Shown here: positions 49,955 to 61,493 of the stretch, in pieces
Layout of the letters: each line of letters opens with the position of its first letter
How positions within the stretch are numbered: the first letter of the stretch is position 1
From: an uncultured cyanobacterium
Lineage (GTDB): Bacteria > Cyanobacteriota > Cyanobacteriia > Cyanobacteriales > CAWCAG01
DNA: 64,000 nt
Direction of reading: 5' to 3'
Assembly: GCA_963793425.1 (NCBI GenBank)
Contig: CAWCAG010000001.1
Span: 32,001-96,000 of the forward strand
The notes under the pieces: model-generated
The model's database searches: none
What the model was told of the DNA's origin: nothing
Seen by the model: the letters and a program-made list of their open reading frames with translations, nothing else
Program-made: the position numbers and the translations under genes

Positions 49955-51523
49955 ATGACTTATCGGCGGTTAATTTTAATTATATTGACCTTTTTTGCGA
50001 TCACGAAGGTGCTTCTTTCTTTAGGGGATAGTTTAGGGCAACCTCAAGTTCAGAGTCGCTTAGAACTTTATCAAACCAATTTAGTACTTCATAGTGCAGA
50101 GTATCAAGTTGAAGGAGAAAATAGTAACTTAACTACCTCTTTAAAAGCTATAATCGGCGAAAATCCTTATGCTACAGCCCAAAAGCAGTATGAAAAAGCC
50201 CAAGAATTTGCTCAAACCAGTTTAACTAGCTTAAAAGAACAACTCTCACAAGGAAATAAAACCAATACCTCAGCCCCTAACCAAGAACAAAACACGGTTC
50301 CACCTCAACAAACTCTTTCCCCCCAAGAAAAAGCCTTACGCCGAGAAATCTCAGCTATAGATGAGTTTATCGATAATCTTAATTTACATTTAGGTATACT
50401 CCAAGCTCAATTAGGAGAGCCTCAAAAAGCGCAACAAACCTGGCAGAATTCAATCAAAAATAACCACAATTCTACTAATGTCCAAACCGCCCAAACCTTA
50501 ATCAATCTCTGGGATAAATCCCAAAAAGTAAACCCCAACAGCGAATCTCAATTAGAAAAAAACTTAGATAGCTGGTTTCGCTACCGTAGCTTAAGCAAAT
50601 TGTACGAAGTACAAAACAAACCAGAAGCCTTAACCCAACTACGAAAACAAGAACAAAAAAGAGCAGAACAAGCTTTAATTAAATTAGCTGTAATTAGTGG
50701 ACTACCAGCTTTAGGGGGAATCTTAGGAGTAACCCTAATTATCTTTTTATTAGTACAACTAGCTACTAAAGGTCAACAATCCCTCCTCGCCACTAATCAT
50801 AATTTAGCTTGGAATACTCCTTGGGATTGGGAAATTACTTGGCAAGTATTAATTGTCGGCTTCTTTGCCATTAGCCAATTGCTGTTACCTCTGTTACTGC
50901 CCCTACTTTTCAGCCTCTTAGGAATTAACCCCGCAACTTTTAGTCTCCGTGCCAAAGCTTTCTACGTTCTAACTAGCTATTTATTAATGGCTGGGGGTGG
51001 GTTTTTAGTACTTTATTTATCCCTGAAAAAATACTTCCCCCTGCCAGAAGATTGGTTTCGTTTACGGTGGTTAAATAATTGGTTTCTGTGGGGCTTAGGA
51101 GGCTATTTAGTTGCCCTTCCCATTGTGGTCATAGTCTCTTTGGTCAATCAACAAATTTGGCAAGGGCAAGGGGGCAGCAACCCCATAATCCTTTTAGCCC
51201 TCCAATCCCAAGATAAACTAGCTTTGGTCATCTTTTTCTTCACTGCTTCCATTGCAGCACCTATCTTTGAAGAAATCATCTTTAGAGGCTTCCTGCTACC
51301 TTCTTTAACTCGCTATATTCCCGTTTGGACAGCAATTGTCGTGAGTAGCTTAATCTTCTCCATTGCCCACCTCAGCCTCTCAGAAGTATTGCCCCTAACT
51401 GCATTAGGTATGGTTTTAGGTTTTGTTTACTCGCGATCGCGCAATCTCCTTGCCCCCATGTTGCTTCATGGTTTATGGAATGGCGGCACTCTGTTGAGTC
51501 TGTTTGTCTTAGGTAGTGGTTGA
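49955..51523 (+). CDS. CPBP (Abi/CAAX) family intramembrane protease
   Basis: FEEIIFRG, FSIAH and HGLWN motifs. Confidence 0.92.
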   Translation: MTYRRLILIILTFFAITKVLLSLGDSLGQPQVQSRLELYQTNLVLHSAEYQVEGENSNLTTSLKAIIGENPYATAQKQYEKAQEFAQTSLTSLKEQLSQGNKTNTSAPNQEQNTVPPQQTLSPQEKALRREISAIDEFIDNLNLHLGILQAQLGEPQKAQQTWQNSIKNNHNSTNVQTAQTLINLWDKSQKVNPNSESQLEKNLDSWFRYRSLSKLYEVQNKPEALTQLRKQEQKRAEQALIKLAVISGLPALGGILGVTLIIFLLVQLATKGQQSLLATNHNLAWNTPWDWEITWQVLIVGFFAISQLLLPLLLPLLFSLLGINPATFSLRAKAFYVLTSYLLMAGGGFLVLYLSLKKYFPLPEDWFRLRWLNNWFLWGLGGYLVALPIVVIVSLVNQQIWQGQGGSNPIILLALQSQDKLALVIFFFTASIAAPIFEEIIFRGFLLPSLTRYIPVWTAIVVSSLIFSIAHLSLSEVLPLTALGMVLGFVYSRSRNLLAPMLLHGLWNGGTLLSLFVLGSG

Positions 51524-51543
51524 AGAAAGTCACAAGTTAAACA

Positions 51544-52089
51544 TTAATGCCATAACAATTTTGCTAAAATCCGAGCAATATTTCCGGCATCATCTACTCC
51601 ACGATGGTGAGTACCTTGTAGAGGTAGGTCAAGTATTTCCAAAGCTTGAGCCATACCGACTTCTTTTGCTAAGCGCCTTTGCAAAGCTAATAAAGTTTTG
51701 ACGTTAATATGCCTAGTACCAAAAGGATATTTGACCCCACGAGACTTACATTGTTTAGTAAATTGCTGGCGGTCATATTCCCCATAACTCGCCCAAACTT
51801 GTTGCCTTGACTGATACTTATCTTGCAAAATACCACAAGCTTCAGCAAAGGGAATTCCTTGGTCAACTTGTTCTTGAGTTAAAGTGGTTAACTCAGTACA
51901 AAAATCGCTAACTGTAGAGCATTGCGGCTTAACCAAAATGCCATCTTTTTCTAAAGGCTTGCCTAACCTAATATCAACAGGACAAATACCTATTTCAATA
52001 ATTTCGTTTTCCTGTCCAGGCGGTGGTTTACTACTCCAGCAAGTTGCTTCTATATCAATAACAAGGATTTGGTCTAATTTTCTAGTCAT
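51544..52089 (-). CDS. DEDDh 3'-5' exonuclease (KapD/ERI1-like)
   Basis: DIEATC, EIIEIG, FC.ELT and HRGVDDA motifs. Confidence 0.9.
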   Translation of the reverse strand: MTRKLDQILVIDIEATCWSSKPPPGQENEIIEIGICPVDIRLGKPLEKDGILVKPQCSTVSDFCTELTTLTQEQVDQGIPFAEACGILQDKYQSRQQVWASYGEYDRQQFTKQCKSRGVKYPFGTRHINVKTLLALQRRLAKEVGMAQALEILDLPLQGTHHRGVDDAGNIARILAKLLWH

Positions 52090-52160
52090 AGTTGGATAGG
52101 TACAGCTACAATTATCTGTAGGGTAAGTTTGTTTAGTTTAAGACAAAATTAAATCAAGTT

Positions 52161-52469
52161 ATGAAACAACTTCTTAAACGATACAAGTTCCCACTCTTAG
52201 TAATTCTTTCTAGTGTGCTATTTGGTTTTTTGCCAATAATATCAGTAATCTTGGCTAGCATAATTGCTAATATTGGCGACTGTACTTTACATGAAGGTTA
52301 TACCAACCCTTGTGAGATTGGCCCATTTGATTTAGGTGAAACTTTATACAGTATGTTTGTGGCTGGTTGGTTTATTTTCCTCTCTTTGCCGATAGGATTG
52401 TTGGGATTCGCAATTGGCACAGTTTTTTTGTTTGTTAAAGTAACTGCTGAGGTAAATGAAAAATCATGA
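52161..52469 (+). CDS. Hypothetical membrane protein
   Basis: Two hydrophobic segments with a C.LHEG...PC loop. Confidence 0.7.
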   Translation: MKQLLKRYKFPLLVILSSVLFGFLPIISVILASIIANIGDCTLHEGYTNPCEIGPFDLGETLYSMFVAGWFIFLSLPIGLLGFAIGTVFLFVKVTAEVNEKS

Positions 52470-52522
52470 TCTGTAAGCTTGTAGGGAAAATAGCTCAACT
52501 TAAAGGTTTTGAAATACAAGAT

Positions 52523-53149
52523 TTACCCAGGCTTAACACCAACCAATAAAGCCATTTCTAACCATTTCCAGTAGCAGTCTACATCAACAAAACCAATTTC
52601 AGTCAACCAACCAAGTTGAGTTTCTACATCCAGAAGAATATTAGAAGGATCTTCGGTTTTTGGAGTACAACCCAGAGTATGGAGAAACTTCTCGTGGAGG
52701 TTTGCAGTAGGAGAAGAAACGTGTTCTAAGTTAGCAAAAACTCCCCCTGGTTTAAGGATATTAAAAATTTCGCTATAGAGCGATCGCTTACGTTGGTTAG
52801 AGAGATGATGAATAGCAAAGCTAGAAACTATGGCCTCAAAAGAGCCTAATTCAGGCAAAGCTTCCTCAAGATTATGGCTAACTATATCTACTTTTGTATC
52901 TTCTGCAAATCTATTTTTAACTATCTCTAACATAGTTGGCGAAAAGTCCAGGGCTACACTCTCAACTTGAGGACGATCAATTTTCAGTAGCCCCAGTAAA
53001 CGACCATCTCCTGTACCTAAGTCAAGAATACGCTCAACTTTAGTGGGAATCTGCTCTAGCAGTACAGCTTCTCCTTCTGTACGATGAGGTAAGCTATCTG
53101 CCTTGGTTAGATAATCTAGAGCATGGCCGGCACAAGTCCATTGGTTCAT
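52523..53149 (-). CDS. Class I SAM-dependent methyltransferase
   Basis: LDLGTGDG, DFSP, SSFAIHH and LKPGG motifs. Confidence 0.9.
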   Translation of the reverse strand: MNQWTCAGHALDYLTKADSLPHRTEGEAVLLEQIPTKVERILDLGTGDGRLLGLLKIDRPQVESVALDFSPTMLEIVKNRFAEDTKVDIVSHNLEEALPELGSFEAIVSSFAIHHLSNQRKRSLYSEIFNILKPGGVFANLEHVSSPTANLHEKFLHTLGCTPKTEDPSNILLDVETQLGWLTEIGFVDVDCYWKWLEMALLVGVKPG

Positions 53150-53162
53150 TTTTTTGTTGCTC

Positions 53163-54461
53163 TTAATCTTCTTGAGTTCTAAACTTTACCGAGTCACCAT
53201 GGGAAGGTAAACCTTCAGCCTCAGCAAGTAGTTGAATCGCCCTAGACATTTTATTCAAAGCCGTAGGGGAATATTGAATCAAGCTAGAGTGCTTCAAAAA
53301 AGTTTCTACTCCTAAAGCAGAAGCGTAACGGGCTGCTCCCGAAGTTGGCAAAGTGTGGTTGGGGCCGGCTAAATAATCTCCCACCGCTTCAGGAGTTGAA
53401 CTACCTAGGAAGATTGCTCCTGCGTGGCGAATATATTCTAAAGTTGCCCAAGGATCTTTAACTTCTAACTCCAAATGTTCTGGGGCAAATAAATTAGAAA
53501 GTTCAGCAGCTTCTTCAATAGAACCCACCACCACAATCAAACCATAATTAGCGATCGCCTTTTCTGTATACAGACGACGAGGATGATCCTGGAGTTGTCG
53601 CTTAACTTCTGCTTGAACTTTGGTTGCTAATTCTGTTTCTGTAGTTAAAAGGATCGCAGCAGCCATGGGGTCATGTTCTGCTTGGGCTAACATATCTGTA
53701 GCCACATAAACTGGCTTAGCACTGCGGTCTGCAATAATTAGCACTTCTGAAGGCCCAGCTAAAGAATCAATACCCACTGTGCCGTAAACCATTTTCTTAG
53801 CCAAGGTGACATAAATATTACCCGGTCCAGTAATAATATCTACCTTGGGAATAGTTTCCGTTCCATAGGCTAAGGCAGCGATCGCTTGGGAACCACCAAC
53901 ACGATAAATTTCCTCAACTCCAGCCTCCGTAGCTGCTACCAACACAGCAGAATTAATTCTGCCCTCTGCCCCTGGCGGCGTTACCATCACCAAGCGAGGA
54001 ACTCCAGCTACTTTCGCCGGAATAGCGTTCATCAATACAGTACTAGGATAAGAAGCTTTGCCCCCAGGTACGTAGATGCCTGCCTTATCCACAGGAGTAT
54101 AGCGCTTACCTAAAACCACCTCATCTTCAGCAAAATGCACCCAAGACTGGGGAATTCTTTGGCGATGAAAATCTTCTATACGCTTAGATGCTAACCCAAT
54201 AGCATCTATTAATTCTTTATTAACTTGCTGATAAGCAGCATCAATTTCTGAACCGCTAACCCGGAGTTGTTCAGGCTTTAAAACTTGCCGATCAAACTTC
54301 GCTGTGTAATCTAGAAGACCTCTGTCTCCTTGAAGCTTGACAGTTCGTAGGACTTCGCGAACAACTTCCTCTTTCGAGTGGATCTCGAAATCAAAATTGC
54401 GATCGCAGATTCGCCGCAGTTCAGTTTTTGCCTCAGCCTGCTGAGTGATAATTCGCAGCAT
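53163..54461 (-). CDS. hisD: Histidinol dehydrogenase
   Basis: YVPGG, GPGN, AGPSE, QAEHD, APEHL and NHTLPT motifs. Confidence 0.97.
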   Translation of the reverse strand: MLRIITQQAEAKTELRRICDRNFDFEIHSKEEVVREVLRTVKLQGDRGLLDYTAKFDRQVLKPEQLRVSGSEIDAAYQQVNKELIDAIGLASKRIEDFHRQRIPQSWVHFAEDEVVLGKRYTPVDKAGIYVPGGKASYPSTVLMNAIPAKVAGVPRLVMVTPPGAEGRINSAVLVAATEAGVEEIYRVGGSQAIAALAYGTETIPKVDIITGPGNIYVTLAKKMVYGTVGIDSLAGPSEVLIIADRSAKPVYVATDMLAQAEHDPMAAAILLTTETELATKVQAEVKRQLQDHPRRLYTEKAIANYGLIVVVGSIEEAAELSNLFAPEHLELEVKDPWATLEYIRHAGAIFLGSSTPEAVGDYLAGPNHTLPTSGAARYASALGVETFLKHSSLIQYSPTALNKMSRAIQLLAEAEGLPSHGDSVKFRTQED

Positions 54462-54626
54462 GGAGTCAATAGTGCCAATTCTAGCGATTAACCAATGAAT
54501 GTGAGAAAGGCTTTATGTAGAACAAAATTCTACTTTTGCTTTAACCCACTTCTATAGCTTAACTCGGATTTTTTAGTGCTTGCACTTCTAGAGCAATAAT
54601 ATCCTTGAATTAAATTGCCACAGAAA

Positions 54627-54635
54627 TGTTATACT
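54627..54635 (+). promoter_or_regulatory. Extended -10 promoter element upstream of rpsT
   Basis: TGTTATACT about 43 bp upstream of the start; TTGAAT at 54605. Confidence 0.5.
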
Positions 54636-54677
54636 GTTCGCTCTAAGTAACTACAAAAACTTTTTGTCTAGACAACA

Positions 54678-54968
54678 GTGGCCAACAGTAAGTCAGCAAT
54701 CAAACGTATCCAAATCTCCGAAAGGAACAGACAGCGCAACAAAGCCTATAAGTCAGCGGTGAGAACTCTGATGAAAAAATGCTTTAGCGCAACTCAAGAA
54801 TATGCCACCAATCCTAGCTCCGAAGCTCAGGAAAAGGTACAGCAAACCATGTCCGAGGCCTACCAAAAAATAGATAAAGCTGTTAAGCGCAAAGTTTTAC
54901 ACGCTAATAACGGGGCCCGCAAAAAGTCTCGTCTCGCCAAAGCTGTCAAACAAGCAACAGCATCATAA
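54678..54968 (+). CDS. rpsT: 30S ribosomal protein S20
   Basis: ANSKSAIKR...N...KS...[19 protein letters not shown]. Confidence 0.97.
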   Translation: MANSKSAIKRIQISERNRQRNKAYKSAVRTLMKKCFSATQEYATNPSSEAQEKVQQTMSEAYQKIDKAVKRKVLHANNGARKKSRLAKAVKQATAS

Positions 54969-55010
54969 AAGCACAATTCCCTTGAAGTTTTTAGGTGGGA
55001 ACCAGTAAAA

Positions 55011-55793
55011 ATGCAGCTAATAGATAGCCATGTTCACATCAACTTTGATGTTTTTCAGGAGGATTTAGATGAGCTGCAAAAACGTTGGCAAGAAGCGGGA
55101 GTAGTACATCTAGTTCACTCCTGCGTCGAGCCAAAGGAATTTTCTAGTATTCAAGCTTTAGCCAATCGCTTTGAAGAACTTTCCTTTGCTGTGGGGTTGC
55201 ACCCCCTTGACGCTGAACAATGGAATAACCAAACAGCGGAGCAAATCCAGACTTTAGCCAAAAGTGATAACCGAGTTGTAGCAATTGGGGAAATGGGACT
55301 CGATTTTTACAAAGCGGAGAATCAGCAACAGCAAAAGTTGGTATTGGAAGAACAACTGAAAATTGCCCTCAAATTAGACAAACCCGTGATTATTCATTGT
55401 CGAGATGCTGCTGTTACCATGAGGGGGATTTTGCAGGATTACAAGCAGCAAAATAGTTCTTTACAAGGAGTAATGCACTGCTGGGGGGGAACAAAAGAAG
55501 AAACAAAATGGTTTTTGGACTTAGGCTTTTACATCAGTTTCAGCGGCATTATCACCTTTAAAAATGCTAAACAAGTCCAAGAATCAGCCCAACAAGTTCC
55601 GAGCGATCGCCTATTAGTTGAAACAGATTGTCCTTTTCTGGCTCCAGTTCCCCGCAGAGGGAAGCGTAACGAACCAGCTTTGGTACGTTATGTTGCTGAA
55701 TACTTAGCCCAACTGCGCCAAGTATCCCTAGAAACCCTCGCCAATCAGACCACAGCTAATGCCTGCGAGCTATTTGGTATTGCTCTAAATTAA
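55011..55793 (+). CDS. tatD: TatD family hydrolase
   Basis: DSHVH, GLHP, GEMGLD, IHCRDA and ETDCPFL motifs. Confidence 0.95.
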   Translation: MQLIDSHVHINFDVFQEDLDELQKRWQEAGVVHLVHSCVEPKEFSSIQALANRFEELSFAVGLHPLDAEQWNNQTAEQIQTLAKSDNRVVAIGEMGLDFYKAENQQQQKLVLEEQLKIALKLDKPVIIHCRDAAVTMRGILQDYKQQNSSLQGVMHCWGGTKEETKWFLDLGFYISFSGIITFKNAKQVQESAQQVPSDRLLVETDCPFLAPVPRRGKRNEPALVRYVAEYLAQLRQVSLETLANQTTANACELFGIALN

Positions 55794-56132
55794 TTGAAAA
55801 CTTCCTGTTTTGCTCTTGAATTTTAAGTCATAATAGTTAAAGGAGTAACTAGCAAGAAAATCAAGCTAGTGGATGATGGGAAAATTTCGCCCCTAACAAC
55901 ATCTAACCGAAGAAAATGAGAGCAGCTCTACTTCACTACATAAACTAACCGTAAGTGAAAACGCAACATCAAAAAACTGCAAGCAAAAAAGTTGAAGATA
56001 TCAACTAAAATCAACCATTGGTAATCAGTCTCCTGTCTAAAGATTGATTGCTTTTTGCTGCTGTTAGGGACAACATAATAAAAAAATTCCTAACCCCCTT
56101 GCCCCTCAAGATATATAACTGCCAAAAAACCT

Positions 56133-59100
56133 ATGACTAATCTAACTGATAATTTGCTCCCCGACCTAATTGACATTCAGCGCTCCAGCTTTCGCTGGTT
56201 TTTAAAAGAAGGATTAATCGAAGAATTAAATAGTTTTTCTCCTATTACCGACTATACAGGAAAATTAGAATTGCATTTTATTGGGGCTGAGTACAAACTC
56301 AAGCGACCAAAATATGATGTTGATGAAGCGAAGCGCCGGGACAGTACCTATGCAGTACAAATGTATGTCCCCACCCGCTTAATTAATAAAGAAACTGGAG
56401 AAATTAAAGAACAGGAAGTTTTTATCGGTGATTTACCCCTAATGACAGATAGGGGAACCTTCATCATCAACGGAGCAGAGCGAGTCATCGTCAACCAAAT
56501 CGTGCGATCGCCTGGGGTTTACTACAAAGGAGAAACAGATAAAAACGGTCGCCGTACCTATTCTGCTTCTTTAATTCCTAACCGAGGGGCATGGTTAAAA
56601 TTTGAAACCGATAAAAATGATTTAGTTTGGGTTCGCATCGACAAAACCCGCAAACTTTCAGCCCAAGTACTCCTCAAAGCCTTGGGTTTAGCTGATAGCG
56701 AAATAATGGACGCATTGCGCCATCCCGACTATTACTACAAAACCTTAGAAAAAGAAGGTAATCCCACCGAAGAGGATGCCTTAATGGAGTTATATCGTAA
56801 ACTTCGTCCTGGAGAACCTCCCACAGTCAACGGGGGTAAGGCGTTATTGGAATCACGCTTTTTTGATCCCAAACGCTATGATTTAGGGCGAGTAGGGCGA
56901 TACAAACTCAACAAAAAGCTACGCCTTAATGTACCTGATACCATGCGGGTACTGACCTCCACCGATATTCTTTCTGCCATTGATTATCTCATCAACTTAG
57001 AATTTGACATTGGTAGCACCGACGACATTGACCACTTAGGCAATCGCCGAGTCCGTTCTGTAGGAGAATTACTCCAAAACCAAGTTAGGGTAGGACTAAA
57101 TCGCCTAGAGCGCATCATCCGGGAGCGTATGACAGTATCAGAAGCAGATTCCCTTACCCCAGCTTCTTTGGTTAACCCCAAACCCTTAGTAGCTGCCATT
57201 AAGGAATTTTTTGGTTCCTCTCAACTCTCCCAGTTCATGGATCAAACCAATCCCCTCGCTGAGTTAACCCATAAGCGTCGTCTTAGTGCCTTAGGCCCAG
57301 GAGGCTTAACCAGGGAAAGGGCTGGATTTGCTGTCCGAGATATTCATCCTTCACACTACGGCCGTATTTGTCCTGTAGAAACTCCTGAAGGTCCCAATGC
57401 TGGCTTAATTGGTTCTTTAGCTACTTACGCTAGGGTTAACCAATACGGCTTTATTGAAACTCCTTACTTCAGAGCCGTTGATGGGCGGGTGCTTAAAGAC
57501 GAACCAGTAGCCTTTTTAACCGCTGACCAGGAAGACGATCAGAGGGTTGCTCCTGGAGATGTAGCTACAGACGAGGAAGGTTATATTTTGGGGGAAACCA
57601 TTCCTGTACGCTATCGTCAAGAATTCTCCACCACCAGCCCAGAGCAAGTGGATTACATAGCAGTTTCTCCCATGCAAATTGTCTCTGTAGCTACTAGCTT
57701 AATTCCTTTTTTAGAACACGACGATGCCAACCGAGCCTTAATGGGTTCTAATATGCAACGCCAAGCTGTTCCTTTACTACGGCCAGAAAGACCTTTAGTC
57801 GGAACGGGATTGGAAGCCCAAGCAGCGAGAGACTCTGGAATGGTAGTGGTTTCTCGCACCCATGGCATTGTCACTCATTTAGATGCTGAACGAGTTAAGG
57901 TTAGGGTAACTCAACCAAATGGAGAACCTTTACCTCCTAATGAATCTCCTCAAGAACTAGAATATATCCTGCAAAAATACCAACGTTCTAACCAAGATAC
58001 CTGCTTAAATCAGCGTCCTTTAGTTTATGAAGGAGAAGATGTCGTACCAGGACAGGTACTGGCTGATGGTTCCTCTACTGAAGGAGGGGAACTAGCTTTA
58101 GGGCAGAACGTACTAGTAGCCTATATGCCTTGGGAAGGTTACAACTACGAAGATGCCATCCTGATTTCTGAACGTCTAGTGTACGACGATGTCTATACCA
58201 GCATTCACATCGAAAAGTACGAAATTGAGGCACGGCAGACCAAGCTAGGGCCAGAAGAAATAACCAGAGAAATTCCCAACGTCGGGGAAGATGGACTGCG
58301 CCACTTAGATGAGCGGGGGATCATTCGCATTGGCGCTTGGGTAGAAGCAGGAGATATTTTAGTTGGAAAAGTAACTCCGAAAGGAGAATCAGACCAGCCT
58401 CCAGAAGAAAAACTCCTCAGAGCAATCTTTGGAGAAAAAGCTAGGGATGTGAGGGATAATTCCTTAAGAGTACCTAACGGTGAAAAAGGTCGCGTTGTAG
58501 ACGTGCGGGTCTTTACTAGGGAACAAGGAGACGAACTGCCTCCTGGAGCCAACATGGTGGTACGAGTTTATGTAGCCCAGAAACGAAAAATCCAAGTGGG
58601 AGACAAAATGGCAGGTCGCCACGGCAACAAAGGAATTATTTCCCGCATCCTTCCCATCGAAGATATGCCCTATCTCCCTGATGGCAAGCCCTTAGATATT
58701 GTTCTTAACCCATTAGGTGTACCTAGCCGTATGAATGTTGGCCAGGTCTTTGAATGTCTCCTCGGTTGGGCGGGAGACAATTTAGGAGTCCGCTTTAAAA
58801 TAACTCCCTTTGATGAGATGTATGGGGAAGAAGCTTCCCGCAATAGCGTCCATGGCAAACTTGCTGAAGCTACTAAAAGGCCGGGACGGGATTGGGTTTT
58901 TGACCCTGAAGAGCCAGGTAAAATCCAAGTTTACGATGGACGTACAGGAGAAGCATTTGATCGCCCTGTAACCGTCGGTCGAGCTTATATGTTGAAATTA
59001 GTTCACCTCGTAGATGATAAGATCCACGCCCGTTCCACCGGTCCTTATTCCTTAGTCACTCAACAACCTTTGGGAGGTAAAGCTCAACAAGGGGGTCAGC

Positions 59101-59459
59101 GCTTTGGAGAAATGGAAGTATGGGCATTAGAAGCCTATGGAGCCGCATATACCTTGCAGGAACTATTAACAGTTAAATCTGATGATATGCAAGGTCGTAA
59201 CGAAGCCCTTAACTCCATCGTTAAAGGTAAACCAATTCCCCGTCCGGGTACCCCAGAATCTTTCAAAGTCTTGATGCGAGAATTACAATCTTTAGGACTA
59301 GATATTGCAGTACATAAAGTAGAAACTGCCGAAGACGGAACCAGCCGCGATGTAGAAGTCGATCTTATGTCTGACTCAGAACGCCGCCGCGCCCCTAATC
59401 GTCCGACCTACGAATCCTTAACCAGGGAAGATATGCAAGAAGAAGGGGTAGATAGCTAA
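56133..59459 (+). CDS. rpoB: DNA-directed RNA polymerase subunit beta
   Basis: [30 protein letters not shown] and GQRFGEME motifs. Confidence 0.99.
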   Translation: MTNLTDNLLPDLIDIQRSSFRWFLKEGLIEELNSFSPITDYTGKLELHFIGAEYKLKRPKYDVDEAKRRDSTYAVQMYVPTRLINKETGEIKEQEVFIGDLPLMTDRGTFIINGAERVIVNQIVRSPGVYYKGETDKNGRRTYSASLIPNRGAWLKFETDKNDLVWVRIDKTRKLSAQVLLKALGLADSEIMDALRHPDYYYKTLEKEGNPTEEDALMELYRKLRPGEPPTVNGGKALLESRFFDPKRYDLGRVGRYKLNKKLRLNVPDTMRVLTSTDILSAIDYLINLEFDIGSTDDIDHLGNRRVRSVGELLQNQVRVGLNRLERIIRERMTVSEADSLTPASLVNPKPLVAAIKEFFGSSQLSQFMDQTNPLAELTHKRRLSALGPGGLTRERAGFAVRDIHPSHYGRICPVETPEGPNAGLIGSLATYARVNQYGFIETPYFRAVDGRVLKDEPVAFLTADQEDDQRVAPGDVATDEEGYILGETIPVRYRQEFSTTSPEQVDYIAVSPMQIVSVATSLIPFLEHDDANRALMGSNMQRQAVPLLRPERPLVGTGLEAQAARDSGMVVVSRTHGIVTHLDAERVKVRVTQPNGEPLPPNESPQELEYILQKYQRSNQDTCLNQRPLVYEGEDVVPGQVLADGSSTEGGELALGQNVLVAYMPWEGYNYEDAILISERLVYDDVYTSIHIEKYEIEARQTKLGPEEITREIPNVGEDGLRHLDERGIIRIGAWVEAGDILVGKVTPKGESDQPPEEKLLRAIFGEKARDVRDNSLRVPNGEKGRVVDVRVFTREQGDELPPGANMVVRVYVAQKRKIQVGDKMAGRHGNKGIISRILPIEDMPYLPDGKPLDIVLNPLGVPSRMNVGQVFECLLGWAGDNLGVRFKITPFDEMYGEEASRNSVHGKLAEATKRPGRDWVFDPEEPGKIQVYDGRTGEAFDRPVTVGRAYMLKLVHLVDDKIHARSTGPYSLVTQQPLGGKAQQGGQRFGEMEVWALEAYGAAYTLQELLTVKSDDMQGRNEALNSIVKGKPIPRPGTPESFKVLMRELQSLGLDIAVHKVETAEDGTSRDVEVDLMSDSERRRAPNRPTYESLTREDMQEEGVDS

Positions 59460-59545
59460 AAGCAAGTTGAAGAGTGGGAGGTTTTGGCGCTTATTAATCT
59501 CCCACCCCCAGTTACTAAATAACTAAACCACTAGTCACTAAAAGA

Positions 59546-61423
59546 ATGAGAAACCAAGTAGAACAAAAATTCGACTATGTAAAAATTGGTATCGCTTCTC
59601 CAGAAAGAATTAGGCAATGGGGAGAGCGAACTTTACCTAATGGTCAAGTAGTGGGGGAAGTTACCAAACCAGAAACCATTAATTACCGGACATTAAAACC
59701 AGAAATGGACGGACTCTTTTGTGAGCGCATTTTTGGCCCAGCTAAAGATTGGGAATGTCACTGCGGTAAATATAAACGGGTACGCCACCGAGGTATTGTT
59801 TGTGAACGTTGTGGTGTAGAAGTGACTGAAAGCCGGGTACGTCGCCATCGCATGGGCTACATCAAGCTAGCGGCCCCTGTTACCCACGTTTGGTATCTTA
59901 AAGGCATTCCTAGCTACCTAAGTATTCTCCTCGATATGCCCCTGCGAGATGTGGAGCAGATAGTTTATTTTAATGCTTATGTTGTACTAGATCCTGGTAA
60001 TGCTAACAATCTTAACCACAAACAACTATTGACCGAAGACCAGTGGTTAGAAATAGAAGAACAACTCTATGCTGAAGAAACTGAATTAGAAGGTATTGAA
60101 GTTGGCATTGGAGCCGAAGCAATTCAACGACTCTTAGAAGAAGTAAAACTTGAAGAAGTTGCTGAACAACTTAGAGAAGATATTGCCAACGCCAAAGGAC
60201 AAAAACGAGCTAAATTAATCAAGCGGTTGCGAGTAATCGATAACTTTGTGGCCACAGGCGCTCGTCCGGAATCAATGGTTCTTACCTACATTCCGGTCAT
60301 TCCTCCCGATTTGCGTCCTATGGTGCAGTTAGATGGGGGCCGCTTTGCTACCTCTGACCTTAACGATTTGTATCGGCGGGTTATCAACCGGAATAATCGC
60401 TTGGCAAGGTTGCAAGAAATTCTTGCTCCGGAAATTATTGTCCGTAACGAAAAGCGGATGTTACAAGAGGCGGTAGATGCTCTCATTGATAATGGTCGTC
60501 GTGGTCGTACTGTAGTGGGAGCCAATAACCGCCCCTTAAAATCTCTCTCAGATATCATCGAAGGTAAGCAAGGGCGCTTCCGCCAAAACCTCTTAGGTAA
60601 AAGGGTAGATTACTCTGGTCGTTCCGTAATTGTGGTGGGACCAAAGCTAAAAATTTACCAATGTGGTTTGCCAAGGGAAATGGCTATCGAGTTATTCCAA
60701 CCCTTCGTCATCCATCGTTTAATTCGTAGTGGGTTGGTTAACAACATCAAAGCAGCCAAAAAACTGATCCAAAGGGGTGATCCTAGTGTTTGGGATGTCC
60801 TTGAAGAAGTAATTGCTGGACACCCAGTACTCCTTAACCGCGCTCCTACCTTACACCGTCTGGGTATTCAATCCTTTGAACCGATCATCGTTGAAGGTCG
60901 AGCAATTCAACTCCATCCTTTAGTTTGTCCAGCTTTCAACGCTGACTTCGATGGAGACCAAATGGCTGTTCACGTTCCCCTCTCCTTAGAATCTCAAGCT
61001 GAGGCCAGACTACTGATGCTGGCTTGTCATAATATTCTCTCTCCTGCTACAGGAAGGCCCATTGTTGCACCTTCCCAAGATATGGTACTTGGTTGCTACT
61101 ATCTCACGGCGGACAATCCTCAGTCCCAGAAAGGTGAAGGAAGCTATTATGGCAGCTTAGAAGATACTTTAAGGGCTTTTGAACAAGGAATTGTCCATAT
61201 TCATGCCTATGTCTGGGTTCGCTACCAAGGGAAAGTGCAAACTGCTCAACCGGACGACGAGGTTGTCTCTTCGGAAAAATTAGCCGATGGTACTGTGATG
61301 AAACATTATCGAGAAAGGCGAGTACGAGAAACAGCATCAGGAGAACAGTTATCCCAATTTATCCGCACAACCCCTGGTCGAATTATTTACAACAAAACAA
61401 TCCAAGAAGCCTTAGCTGTTTAA
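59546..61423 (+). CDS. rpoC1: DNA-directed RNA polymerase subunit gamma
   Basis: Zn finger CHCGK...CERC; NADFDGD. Confidence 0.99.
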   Translation: MRNQVEQKFDYVKIGIASPERIRQWGERTLPNGQVVGEVTKPETINYRTLKPEMDGLFCERIFGPAKDWECHCGKYKRVRHRGIVCERCGVEVTESRVRRHRMGYIKLAAPVTHVWYLKGIPSYLSILLDMPLRDVEQIVYFNAYVVLDPGNANNLNHKQLLTEDQWLEIEEQLYAEETELEGIEVGIGAEAIQRLLEEVKLEEVAEQLREDIANAKGQKRAKLIKRLRVIDNFVATGARPESMVLTYIPVIPPDLRPMVQLDGGRFATSDLNDLYRRVINRNNRLARLQEILAPEIIVRNEKRMLQEAVDALIDNGRRGRTVVGANNRPLKSLSDIIEGKQGRFRQNLLGKRVDYSGRSVIVVGPKLKIYQCGLPREMAIELFQPFVIHRLIRSGLVNNIKAAKKLIQRGDPSVWDVLEEVIAGHPVLLNRAPTLHRLGIQSFEPIIVEGRAIQLHPLVCPAFNADFDGDQMAVHVPLSLESQAEARLLMLACHNILSPATGRPIVAPSQDMVLGCYYLTADNPQSQKGEGSYYGSLEDTLRAFEQGIVHIHAYVWVRYQGKVQTAQPDDEVVSSEKLADGTVMKHYRERRVRETASGEQLSQFIRTTPGRIIYNKTIQEALAV

Positions 61424-61493
61424 GTCCTTCAGGTTTCTAGGAAAGAGTTTTAGACAAAGCGATCGCCACCTAAATTTTGATAACCGAAAAAAA

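Larger units (their letters stand above)
4397..61466. repeat. HIP1 octamer GCGATCGC dispersed across the window
   Basis: More than 20 copies seen by eye, e.g. 4397, 5004, 16333, 22081, 24661, 44281, 61459. Confidence 0.9.
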
